A stretch of DNA of 64,000 bases from Microcystaceae cyanobacterium (GTDB lineage: Bacteria; Cyanobacteriota; Cyanobacteriia; Cyanobacteriales; Microcystaceae): contig JBGTGT010000123.1 in NCBI GenBank assembly GCA_041746575.1, positions 64,001 to 128,000 of the forward strand, read 5' to 3'. This document shows positions 11,002 to 21,531 of this stretch, one piece after another (the stretch's first letter is position 1; every line of letters begins with the position of its first letter). The position numbers and the translations under genes are program-made. Below the pieces are notes generated by a model. That model was not told the origin of the DNA. It searched no databases and saw only the letters and a list, made by a program, of their open reading frames with translations.

Positions 11002-11286
11002 ATGAATTCCTCAAGAAGGCAAGTGTTTGTTTGTCGACATCGTACCTGTCGTCGTCAAGGTTCTCAGCAAGTGAAGGCGGCATTTATGCAACAACGAGTG
11101 AAGGGTGTAGATATCTCTGAATGTGGCTGTTTAGGCGGCTGTGGCAATGGGGTCATGGTCATTATTTTACCTGATAAAATTCGTTATTGTCGAATTACGC
11201 CGCAACGAGTCAGCTTAATTATTGAACAACATTTAAAAAGACATTCTCCTGTTAAAGAATTGATTGATCCCACTTTTGAAGGGTAA
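11002..11286 (+). CDS. Thioredoxin-like [2Fe-2S] ferredoxin
   Basis: VFVCRHRTC...GCLGGCGNG.MV.I.P...Y. Confidence 0.85.
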   Translation: MNSSRRQVFVCRHRTCRRQGSQQVKAAFMQQRVKGVDISECGCLGGCGNGVMVIILPDKIRYCRITPQRVSLIIEQHLKRHSPVKELIDPTFEG

Positions 11287-11401
11287 AGTGTTATCATCGG
11301 TCAATTCCTATTTCTTGGGTTACTTTATGATCTGAAATCGGAAGCATAAAGTCAGTCAAAGCAGTGATGAATGTAAGTCTTTTAAGGTTTATTAATGATG
11401 G

Positions 11402-11423
11402 GTAGGGGCGCAAAACTTGCGCC
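11402..11423. repeat. REP-like short palindrome
   Basis: GTAG-G-GGCGCAA-aac-TTGCGCC between convergent genes. Confidence 0.6.
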
Positions 11424-11442
11424 GATAATTAGTTGGGTTAAG

Positions 11443-12426
11443 TCATCTTTCACGATTGACTGTATGAAGGGTTTCTAATAATTTGCGGTGACTCCACCCA
11501 TTACTGGCAACAATTCCATAATTATTTACCATTTTAATCCCACAGGAAAAATCAAGGGGTTTACCGTTTAAATCCGTCACTTTTCCTCCTGCTTCTTCCA
11601 CCAGAATAATACCTGCTGCATGATCCCAAATATTCTCTTTCCATGTGATAAAATGAGGTAACGGAATGCGTAAATAAATATCCGCTTCTCCCCTCGCCAC
11701 CACACCATATTTTGCGAGAGAATCCATTTTTTCAGGCGGTTTCGTTATTCCTAAAAGGTGATCAAAAACTTGAGTTTGTTGGCGATCGCTATGACGGGTT
11801 TCTAAGCTCTCAATACGTAATAATTCATGCCATTCTTTGACACGATTAACGTGAATAAAACAAGATTTATTATGGTCTAAATCTATCATTTCTGTGCCTT
11901 GATTTTCTACTGCAACAAAGATTACTCCTTGATTTTCCTGAGGATTTTGAGGATCAAAAGGCAACGCAGGACAAACCAAAACCCCCACTTTAACCCTTCC
12001 CTCCTCAATCAAGGCCAAAGCCACTGCGTACTGATCCCCTCGAATAAAGCCTTTTGTGCCATCAATCGGATCTAATGTCCAATAACGCTGAGAAATTTGA
12101 CCATTACCTCTGTTAATCCAGTCAATCACCTGATCGTCGCTTGCTTGGGGTAAAAATCGTTGAACATTTTCCGTCACTTTCGTTAACGCATCGGGAGATT
12201 CTTGCAATAAGGTTGCGTCTTCTTCGCCAATGATGGGATCATCAGGAAAAATTGCCGATAAACCTTGACAAATTAGAGCTTGTGCGCCAAAATCAGCAAT
12301 AGTGACCGGACTGTCATCGGGTTTTTCTAGGGTTGAAGTGGTAGATTGATAACGAATGTGTTCCGTCAGTTGAGCGGCAAGGGTAGTGGTGGCGATCGCA
12401 ATTTCTCGTTCTTTTTCGTAGGCCAT
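11443..12426 (-). CDS. 3'(2'),5'-bisphosphate nucleotidase (HAL2-like, inositol monophosphatase superfamily)
   Basis: SPVTIADFGAQ, GEED, WTLDPIDGTKGF, ENIWDHAAG. Confidence 0.9.
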   Translation of the reverse strand: MAYEKEREIAIATTTLAAQLTEHIRYQSTTSTLEKPDDSPVTIADFGAQALICQGLSAIFPDDPIIGEEDATLLQESPDALTKVTENVQRFLPQASDDQVIDWINRGNGQISQRYWTLDPIDGTKGFIRGDQYAVALALIEEGRVKVGVLVCPALPFDPQNPQENQGVIFVAVENQGTEMIDLDHNKSCFIHVNRVKEWHELLRIESLETRHSDRQQTQVFDHLLGITKPPEKMDSLAKYGVVARGEADIYLRIPLPHFITWKENIWDHAAGIILVEEAGGKVTDLNGKPLDFSCGIKMVNNYGIVASNGWSHRKLLETLHTVNRER

Positions 12427-12431
12427 TTTAA

Positions 12432-13475
<1,044 letters not shown>

Positions 13476-13476
13476 T

Positions 13477-13713
13477 TCACTTTTTCTGGTCATTATCCTT
13501 GGCTCGAACCGCTTTTTCTAAGTCATCAACCTGATTCATCCGTCTATAGCTGGGATTTTTCATTTTTGGATTAAAGGCGTTAACTAAGGAATTATTAAGG
13601 GTGGTTCGAGTCTGGGTACTCCAATTTCCGTAAGGCTTGGGTAAAAAAATATCGCCTACTAAGATAAAAATTAGGCCTCCCAGTACACCAAGGATTAACA
13701 ACTTCTTTAACAT
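13477..13713 (-). CDS. Small membrane-anchored hypothetical protein
   Basis: GGAGG RBS upstream; N-terminal hydrophobic helix. Confidence 0.6.
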   Translation of the reverse strand: MLKKLLILGVLGGLIFILVGDIFLPKPYGNWSTQTRTTLNNSLVNAFNPKMKNPSYRRMNQVDDLEKAVRAKDNDQKK

Positions 13714-13837
13714 TCTGAGTCCCTCCTGTTGTTGTATTTAGGGTTATTATGCCCTCGCCGGAGGGTAATTCTTTCAGGTATCTTTAGCTAAGGTTGATCT
13801 TGCGCCCTCGCTATTCTAAAATTTTCTGGTTATCATT

Positions 13838-14278
13838 GTGATTATGGTTCAATTTAGCAATTCTTCTGCCAATAATGCCCCCAGTCGCTGGCAATATCGA
13901 TTAGATCGATTCGTCAAAACCCATCAATCCTCGTTGGCGGCTTTGGCGTGGGGATTACGTCAAGAATGGGACAATCAGGGCGATATGTTAGGCATTGATC
14001 TTAAAACGACTCCTCATTTTATCTGTTGTTCTTATGAGGCGATCGCTCAATTAAACGAGAATGTTGATTGTAAAATTCAAGAGATATTAGGGATTATTGA
14101 ACATTATGATCCTCAAGAAGAAGTGGTGATTATTACGATCGCCAATAGTCAAATTCAGTTAATTTATTTCCAACCGAATCCGACTCCTCCTGAGTGCTTC
14201 GCTCAGCATCAATTGAACTTAGATCAATTAATTCAGTCTCTAGAAACTGAAATGCAATCTATTGGGATTGAGGATTAA
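13838..14278 (+). CDS. ccmS: Beta-carboxysome assembly chaperone CcmS-like protein
   Basis: Recognised from memory of the family: W...LDRFVK....LAAL.WGL..E...LGIDL..TPHF..C...IQEILGI...F.P.P.PP.CF. Confidence 0.7.
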   Translation: MIMVQFSNSSANNAPSRWQYRLDRFVKTHQSSLAALAWGLRQEWDNQGDMLGIDLKTTPHFICCSYEAIAQLNENVDCKIQEILGIIEHYDPQEEVVIITIANSQIQLIYFQPNPTPPECFAQHQLNLDQLIQSLETEMQSIGIED

Positions 14279-14337
14279 GTAATGATGGTCATTAATCAAA
14301 AACGAATCAGGAAATAATTACAGCAAATGGCAAGTTA

Positions 14338-14537
14338 ACGTGAGTTCGACGAGGGCAATTATCTTAATCCTTTTGTTCATTCTAGTTTATTGGGATTAGA
14401 AAAAGAAAAACAAATTCTTGATTGGGGGACTAGCCCCCCAAACCCCCCAACGGGGGACGGAGTGCCTCCCCCGCACCCCCTGCACAAAAAAATTAAATAA
14501 AGAAGTCTCGTAGATTTTTTGATGGTCGAACTCACGT
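14338..14537. mobile_element. 200-bp MITE
   Basis: Perfect 13-bp TIR ACGTGAGTTCGAC (14338-14350) / GTCGAACTCACGT (14525-14537), flanked by a 7-bp direct repeat CAAGTTA; no ORF. Confidence 0.88.
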
Positions 14538-14606
14538 CAAGTTAATATCATACACTTCTGGATGCTAATCTTACCTCCTTACAATAAAAAGTCAACGTGA
14601 TTTAAG

Positions 14607-14861
14607 ATGAAACTGATTCTGTATAGTAAACCGGATTGTCATCTCTGTGAAGGATTACAAGAAAAGTTAGCAAAAGTTAAATCAATTCCTCTTGAAATAG
14701 AGGTAAGAGATATTACCACTTCTGAGGATTGGTTTAGTGCTTATCAATACGAAATTCCTGTCCTTTATTGTATTACTCCTCAAGGCGCAACCCTAATTCC
14801 TCGTTTTTCGCCTCGTTCTTCAGTTAAGCAGATTGAAAAAATTCTTCAAACTTATTCATAA
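14607..14861 (+). CDS. Glutaredoxin-like protein (DUF836)
   Basis: LYSKPDCHLC...RDI...YQYEIPVL. Confidence 0.85.
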   Translation: MKLILYSKPDCHLCEGLQEKLAKVKSIPLEIEVRDITTSEDWFSAYQYEIPVLYCITPQGATLIPRFSPRSSVKQIEKILQTYS

Positions 14862-14889
14862 TTTTTATCCATTCTAGGAAACATTTCTT

Positions 14890-16215
14890 TTAATTTTGAG
14901 GTAATAAAACGGTTACACTTGTTCCTTGATGCAGTTCACTGTTTATCATAATTTTACCGTGATGATTCTCGACAATGGCAGAAGCGATCGCTAATCCTAA
15001 TCCGCTTCCCCCGGATGCTGAAGGATTGGGTTGATGGTGACGTGCGGGATCAACTCGATAAAAGCGATCAAATAAATGAGAAATATCTTCTTTTGCAATT
15101 CCTATCCCATTATCTTTAACCATGACTTGCAATTGCTTTTGTTTATCTAAATAAAGGACTTGTAAAATGACGTCAACGGTAGGATGGGGCGTAATAACAG
15201 AAACATTGGTATAAATTAAAGCATTACTAATTAAATTTGTAAATAAACGGATCAGTTGTGTCCAATCTCCTATTAGAGTGAATTTGTCCTCAGAATCGCT
15301 CTTAGGCGGATCTAAAACTTGAAAAGAGAGTTTAATCCCTTTATTTTCGGCAAAAATACGCTGTTCTTCGATAACTTCCAGCAATAAAGCATCAAGCGGA
15401 ATTGTTTGAAGATCAACGGGTAATGTTCCACTATCAGATCGGGCTAAAAAAAGCAAATCATTAACTAAATTACCCAAACGTTTCGTTAATCGTTCAATGA
15501 CACTCAATTGCTTGCGCTGAATCTCTGGATTAACGTCAGGATAGTCTAATGCCATTTGAACATTGGTTTGAATCATGGCAATCGGGTTACGCAATTCATG
15601 GGAGGCATCGGCGGTAAATTGCTTTAAACTTTGATAAGAGTCTAAAACAGGTTGAATGGCGATCCCTGACAACCACCATCCTAAGCCAGCGACACAAGTC
15701 AACATAAAGCTGATTAAGAGGGATAAATCCAGAATTAAACGGCGTGTCGGTTTGGTGACTTCAAACCACGGATGACTGACTCGCAGGTATCCTAGCACTT
15801 GATGATTCATCTCAATACGTTCAGTAACTTGTCGCAATAAGTGATTAAGAGAAAGACGGACAGTCGTGGCGGTATGTTTAGGATTGAGGGGAATTTTCGG
15901 CGGCTCGCTGAAAGTTGACCACATTAGAATCCCTTGAGGGTTAAACCATTCAAGATCAATATGATCATCTTCTACCGCCTCTGCATTAGGTTGAAAACTC
16001 GCTTCTACGTTAATTTGATAGCGATTAGTGTCAGTAATTGACTGAATGACGAGGGAACGATGAATGACTTCGACAACGTGCTTCAGGGTATCATCTATTC
16101 GTTCAATTAAGGTGCTACGAACATAAAAATAAATGCCTGTGGCAAAGAGAAAAAGTAGGATTGCCGTAATAATAGTGTACCACAATGCTAAACGGCGACG
16201 CGTCGTTTGAAACAT
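14890..16215 (-). CDS. Membrane sensor histidine kinase (ManS/Hik27-like)
   Basis: Two TM helices, H-box FTADASHELRNP, N-box NLISNA, DNGIG, GSGLGL. The ManS resemblance is recalled, not verified. Confidence 0.85.
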   Translation of the reverse strand: MFQTTRRRLALWYTIITAILLFLFATGIYFYVRSTLIERIDDTLKHVVEVIHRSLVIQSITDTNRYQINVEASFQPNAEAVEDDHIDLEWFNPQGILMWSTFSEPPKIPLNPKHTATTVRLSLNHLLRQVTERIEMNHQVLGYLRVSHPWFEVTKPTRRLILDLSLLISFMLTCVAGLGWWLSGIAIQPVLDSYQSLKQFTADASHELRNPIAMIQTNVQMALDYPDVNPEIQRKQLSVIERLTKRLGNLVNDLLFLARSDSGTLPVDLQTIPLDALLLEVIEEQRIFAENKGIKLSFQVLDPPKSDSEDKFTLIGDWTQLIRLFTNLISNALIYTNVSVITPHPTVDVILQVLYLDKQKQLQVMVKDNGIGIAKEDISHLFDRFYRVDPARHHQPNPSASGGSGLGLAIASAIVENHHGKIMINSELHQGTSVTVLLPQN

Positions 16216-16316
16216 AATATATTAAAGTAGCCACGTAAATAAAAACAAAATAATGATCAAAATAATGATAAATGCCACCTTTCTAGGTTTTTTCTTTTCT
16301 TGCGTCTCAATACTTT

Positions 16317-18074
16317 TTAATACTTTCCCAGACGATAATTTTCTGCTTTTGTTAGTAAGGATTCTGCAAACGCCATCGCTTCTTCTGCTGAATGTCCTCC
16401 CGTCAGTTGTGCGAGTTCATCCCGTCGAGTATGATGAGAGTCTAAAGCTTTTACCCTTACGACTGTGCGAATTTCTGGCATCGTCATTTGTCCTGTCTCT
16501 AAATCCAAAATGGGGGTAGATTCTTCTATCATTTGCTTGATTACCCGAAAGTGAGTATCTGCCATTGCCGCCACTAGGGGTTGATGGGTGACGCATAAGA
16601 CTTGATGGTATTCACTCAGTTGATGGAGTTTTAGCGCGATCGCTTGTGCCACTTTTCCTGACACTCCTGCGTCTATTTCATCAAAGATCAGTGTCTCTGA
16701 GGGTTGATCAGCATCGGTAAAGCAGGCTTTTAAGGCTAAGAGAAAACGACTCATTTCGCCGCCTGATGCGGTCTCTGCAAGCGGTTGTACTTTTTCACCC
16801 GGATTCGGGCTAAAATAAAAGCTCACTTGATCTTCACCTGTTGCCGTTGGTGCTGTTGGGGTGATTTGGCAGACAAAGATCACTTTATCCATCGCTAAGG
16901 GTTTCAATTCTTTGACCAGTTGTTTTTCTAGTTTTTCAGCCGCTTGTTGACGTAATAGGGTTAATTGATGACATTCTGTTCGTAAAATCTCTTGTTTATT
17001 TTGAAAATCTTCTTCTAACGCTTCTAGGGATTGTTCATTGTGGGTGAATTCTTCATATTCCCTTTGTAAGTTTTGGTAAAAGGCGATCGCTTCGGGTAAA
17101 CTCGGCCCATATTTACGACAAATTCGTTTTAACAGTTGAATTCGTTCTTCTATCTCCTGTAAGCGTTGGGGATCACTGTCTAAGCCGTCACCATAGCTGT
17201 TGATTTGGTTTCCTGCCTCTACGACTTGAGTTAAGGCAGTTTGAATCATTTCTAAGATCGGTTCAATTTCTTTGTCATATTCAACCATATTTAGGAGAAT
17301 AGACTCAGTTTGTCCTAATAAATCAGAAACGGCTTCTCCTTGATCATTTTGGTATAAAATTTGATAGGATTGGTAACTCAATTGTTGCAATTCAACGATA
17401 TGGGATAAGCGATCGCGTTCTTGTTCAAGGGTTTCCTCTTCATTCGGATCACTTAATTGTGCTTCCTCAAGTTCTTTTCGTTGATATTCCAGAATATCTA
17501 AGCGTTGCAAGCGATCTTTCTCAGCTTGAATGCGTTTATCAAGTACTCTTTTGGCTTCTTGACTAAGGCTATAAGCATTTTCTACCTGTTGCCGTTGCTG
17601 TAACACCTCTTTTCCGCCATAAGCGTCGAGTAATTCCCGTTGATGTTGGGGGTTAACCAGATGCACTGTTTGACCTTGTGCAGTAATTTCGACTAAATAT
17701 TCTCTTAGTTGGGAAATTTGCTGAAGATTGACGACAATTCCATTGACTCGACAGCGAGAGCGTAAGGTAGATTTATTTAATGTCAATTCTCGACTACAGA
17801 TAATCGTGCGATCATCCAATGGCTCAATATCTTGGTCTTGTAACCATTGTTCTATTTTAGGATGGGTTTGAAAGGTTGCTTCAATGATCGCCTGTTGCGT
17901 GCCTTGACGAATCCAACGACTGGTGGCTTTTCCCCCTAAGACAATATCAATGGCATCAAGTATAATAGATTTTCCTGCGCCTGTTTCACCTGTTAAGACG
18001 CTTAATCCAGAGAAAAACGTCAATTCTAGCTGATCGACTAAGGCAAAGTTTTCAATACGCAAGCAAGAAAGCAT
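16317..18074 (-). CDS. recN: DNA repair protein RecN
   Basis: LTGETGAGKS, ASGGEMSR, IFDEIDAGVSG, CVTHQP. Confidence 0.96.
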   Translation of the reverse strand: MLSCLRIENFALVDQLELTFFSGLSVLTGETGAGKSIILDAIDIVLGGKATSRWIRQGTQQAIIEATFQTHPKIEQWLQDQDIEPLDDRTIICSRELTLNKSTLRSRCRVNGIVVNLQQISQLREYLVEITAQGQTVHLVNPQHQRELLDAYGGKEVLQQRQQVENAYSLSQEAKRVLDKRIQAEKDRLQRLDILEYQRKELEEAQLSDPNEEETLEQERDRLSHIVELQQLSYQSYQILYQNDQGEAVSDLLGQTESILLNMVEYDKEIEPILEMIQTALTQVVEAGNQINSYGDGLDSDPQRLQEIEERIQLLKRICRKYGPSLPEAIAFYQNLQREYEEFTHNEQSLEALEEDFQNKQEILRTECHQLTLLRQQAAEKLEKQLVKELKPLAMDKVIFVCQITPTAPTATGEDQVSFYFSPNPGEKVQPLAETASGGEMSRFLLALKACFTDADQPSETLIFDEIDAGVSGKVAQAIALKLHQLSEYHQVLCVTHQPLVAAMADTHFRVIKQMIEESTPILDLETGQMTMPEIRTVVRVKALDSHHTRRDELAQLTGGHSAEEAMAFAESLLTKAENYRLGKY

Positions 18075-18573
18075 AAGATTGTTAAATTGAAACGATGAAT
18101 CAACGGTCAGCCATTTCTCAAGCTTTCTGTATTTTAAACTAAATTAAGATCAAGATTTTAGGGAAGCAGAACAGAATGTAACTAAAATAGGATTTACAGA
18201 ATCATTGAGTCGTGCTTAAGATTACTCTTTTAGGAATTGTGCCATCGTCACTATCAGATATTCATTAAAAGAAAACATGATTACATTCATGTAAGTACAA
18301 ATAAGCATATAAGAGCAAGAAAATACAATCATAAAAATTGAAATGACTCACCGGTTATTTCAAAATATGGAATTGCAGCCCCTTGCTACAGTCTTTTGGC
18401 ATGATTCAATTTGAGACAGTTAATGTTAATATAGCTTTAAATTTTCTCAATGGGTGCTAATTTTGGGTCAATAATTTTTTGTCCTAAACCTTCAAATTTA
18501 ACTGCAATATTTATTTTATTGCCAGCTCTCAAAAGACGAGTGAGATCAAATCCGTTTAAACGACCATAATTCC

Positions 18574-18596
18574 GTAAGGGTGCAAGGCTTGCGCCC
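18574..18596. repeat. REP-like short palindrome
   Basis: GTAA-GGGTGCAA-ggc-TTGCGCCC, same family as 11402-11423. Confidence 0.55.
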
Positions 18597-18717
18597 ATCT
18601 TGCTCCAAAGAGATTATGTAAAAGGCGATCGCCCCTGAAATAAAACGGCTACCATAACCACAAGATAGATTAATAGGAGTCTCCAAACTTCAACTTATCT
18701 ACTAAATTCTTGTGAGA

Positions 18718-21531
18718 CTATAACCAATTACCCACTAAAACGAAAGGAGCCCAATAAAAAGGATGTTGATATTGAGGCGATCGCAATAAAGACAGTTGCG
18801 CTTGTCTTAAGGCTTCCGCTTTACTCATGTCAGATTGACTCAAATACTGATAGAATTGAGCAATCAAATCTGCCGTCGATTGATCTTGGACTGACCAAAG
18901 AGTGGCTAAGGTACTCTGCGCACCTGAACGAACGGCGGTCCCTGCTAATCCTAATACGGCTCGTTTATCCCCCGTTGCTGTCTGACAAGCACTCAAAATC
19001 AACAATTCAATCGGATTTCTCTGTTGTTTTATCCGTTTTCGGAGCAATTGATCTAAATTTTTGACATTGATTCGTTCATCCCACGTCAGTAAAAACGTTT
19101 CTTCTGCTTGAGAAGAAAATTGACCGTGAGTGGCAAGATGAACCACAGGGAATGAGGTTTCTTCAATTTCTCGTTGCAGACGGTTGCGGGTAAAATCTTC
19201 GTCTAATAAGACTTCGGTAGAAACCACTGCCGAAATTTCTTGTACTTCTGCCTTGACACCGGGTAAGGAAGAGAATCCTTGACGTGCTTGCGCTAATCCC
19301 CCTGCTAGGGTTTTTAAGGGTTTTTCAGAGAGAGAGGACGGACGAAGCAGGTGCAAACCGGGTGCTAAAGCAATGTTATACTTTTCAATTAAGTATTGCT
19401 GACCATCATGAAGCGCGGCCATCGGAATATTGCGTAGAAGGCCATCGAGAACGAATACCAAGGTTTTGATATGATTAGCTTCTAAGGTAGCTTCTAAAGG
19501 GCGAATTAGCCAATTATAAAACTGTTGATGGGGTTCTAGGGGATAAGGACTTGAAATAAAGGGGTTCAAGTTGGCAAATAACTCATCGAAGACAGGTTCA
19601 AGTTGTTCTAATGTCCCATAGCCGGAATTCTGATTAAAAGCGGTTTCATAGTAGCTTAACGGCTTTTGCGGTAAAGACAAAATGATGGCAATTCGTTGGG
19701 GTAAAACAATGGGATAGATTACTGCCGCATCGGGATCGAGTTGATCAACGGCTTGAAATTCCGCTTCTAGGCAGTTTTCTCGAAAGAAGTTGTTTAATTC
19801 AGCAAGTTGCAAAGACTCAATGATATTACGGGCTTCTTTGAGGGTATTTTCGCTGATTTGCCCTGTTGGCTCTAAAAGTTGATCGACCAATTCTCGATAG
19901 ACAGGTTCGACACTATCGCGAAAGTTAAATTGGATGTCTGCATTGCTGGTGACTAAGTCCCCTCGTAATGATTCTAGAATTTCTACGGCTAAGCGATAAG
20001 CAGCGATCGCTTCTTCTTTTTTTCCTAAAGAATAATACAAACGTCCCAGTTGCCATTGCCAGAAATAAGCCAATTCTGGATTTTCAAAGGCAGATATCTG
20101 CTGTAAAGCTAGCACGGTTGACTGTTGCGCCTTTATGGGTTGTCCCATCCCTTGGTAGGTTGCCCCTAGATATCCTAGGGAATTTGCTTGTGCGGCTTTG
20201 TCTCCTAGGGTTTGAGCTTGATTGAGGGCGATGGTGACTTTTTGCTGAATCTTTGTCCAAGTTGGTGGCGTTATTGCCTCAAAATGGGGATTTTCGACTA
20301 TTGGACAAGACTGAAGAATAGGGGTGACAGGTAAGGTTTCATCCGTAGTGAATTGAGAGCGTAGGCACATTAACTGTTGAGCAAATTTGAGTTGTGCGGC
20401 AACGGTTGGATCATTAGGGGGTGAATTTGTTAATTCTGCCTCAATTTTAGCGATTAAAGTCGGTAGTTCTTGGCTTTGTCCTAGTTGCATCCAGAGACTC
20501 AGTAAATTGAGTTGCGCTTGTACTCTCGTGAGGGACGAAGGGGATTGTTCCGCTTGGTGATAACAGGCGATCGCACTTTGATACCATTGACTAAGACTGA
20601 GATCATCCTCGGATAGGGGGCAACTGACAGATTGGGTTAAGTTGATCGGCGTTGGGGATGGAGGAATCGTAATTTTTTGATTGCCTAATATTCGCACGGT
20701 ATTGCCTAAACTGAGGGCAATTTCGGCTAAACTTTCTTTATCTTCATTCCTTTCTGCTAATTCCCAACTTTTTAATAGTACCCGATGGGAGACGTGGGGT
20801 TGCCCCGTTACTCGTAAGACGTTACCAAGACTGCGTAATCCTAGAATTTGTAGAGAAGTGGGCATATTTTCGGGGACTTGTGGCAATTTGTCCCCTTTTA
20901 TTTGACAATCTTCACTCTTAAAGTCCAAAGCATCGAGTAATGTTGTGCAAGCTCTCGGATAAAACCCTAAGGATTGCATGGCTTGTGCTTGATTGATCTG
21001 GCTTTGACGGACTCGATTGGGTTCCCCCATTTCTTGATAAATAGTAGTTGCTTTTTGCCAATTTTCTAAAGCATTTGCAGATTGACCCAAGTTTAAAGCT
21101 AATTTTCCTTTGATTTCTAGAGTTTCTGCTAAGATACGCTGTTTAGTATTGTTTTTTTTGACAGTGTCTAATAGAGCTAAGCTTTGAGCGATCGCTTTTT
21201 TGGCCTCATCCCATTGTCCGAGTTGCTGATGGGTTAAGGACAGATTACTCAGTGCCATGGCTTGATTGAGGGTATCTCCTTGGGTAGCAAATGTCTCGAC
21301 TGCCTGTTGCCAGAGGGGGATTGCCGACTCAAATTGTCTTGTTTGATAGTTTTCTTTTGCTTTTTCAACCCATTGCGCTGTATTTTGCTGATTCTGAACA
21401 GAGGGCATGGAAAGAGAAACCGAAGAAGTAATCAGAGGAAGCGTGAAAGCAACAAAGAAAAGAAAAATAAGCAGAATTGACTTTTTTCTGATAAAACTTC
21501 GTACTCTCTGGTTTTTAAATCCAATTTTCAT
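18718..21531 (-). CDS. Exported TPR + CHAT (caspase-like, HetF-associated) protease
   Basis: N-terminal hydrophobic segment, TPRs, catalytic VHLATHG and LSACQTA, terminal HPFYWAPFVLVGNWL. Start placed at the ATG overlapping the upstream TAA (TAATG, 21529-21533). Confidence 0.92.
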   Translation of the reverse strand: MKIGFKNQRVRSFIRKKSILLIFLFFVAFTLPLITSSVSLSMPSVQNQQNTAQWVEKAKENYQTRQFESAIPLWQQAVETFATQGDTLNQAMALSNLSLTHQQLGQWDEAKKAIAQSLALLDTVKKNNTKQRILAETLEIKGKLALNLGQSANALENWQKATTIYQEMGEPNRVRQSQINQAQAMQSLGFYPRACTTLLDALDFKSEDCQIKGDKLPQVPENMPTSLQILGLRSLGNVLRVTGQPHVSHRVLLKSWELAERNEDKESLAEIALSLGNTVRILGNQKITIPPSPTPINLTQSVSCPLSEDDLSLSQWYQSAIACYHQAEQSPSSLTRVQAQLNLLSLWMQLGQSQELPTLIAKIEAELTNSPPNDPTVAAQLKFAQQLMCLRSQFTTDETLPVTPILQSCPIVENPHFEAITPPTWTKIQQKVTIALNQAQTLGDKAAQANSLGYLGATYQGMGQPIKAQQSTVLALQQISAFENPELAYFWQWQLGRLYYSLGKKEEAIAAYRLAVEILESLRGDLVTSNADIQFNFRDSVEPVYRELVDQLLEPTGQISENTLKEARNIIESLQLAELNNFFRENCLEAEFQAVDQLDPDAAVIYPIVLPQRIAIILSLPQKPLSYYETAFNQNSGYGTLEQLEPVFDELFANLNPFISSPYPLEPHQQFYNWLIRPLEATLEANHIKTLVFVLDGLLRNIPMAALHDGQQYLIEKYNIALAPGLHLLRPSSLSEKPLKTLAGGLAQARQGFSSLPGVKAEVQEISAVVSTEVLLDEDFTRNRLQREIEETSFPVVHLATHGQFSSQAEETFLLTWDERINVKNLDQLLRKRIKQQRNPIELLILSACQTATGDKRAVLGLAGTAVRSGAQSTLATLWSVQDQSTADLIAQFYQYLSQSDMSKAEALRQAQLSLLRSPQYQHPFYWAPFVLVGNWL

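Noticed and set aside
18075..18570. Long AT-rich intergenic region as a hidden gene or ncRNA
   Set aside because: No credible ORF, repeat or structure found; likely the recN upstream region.
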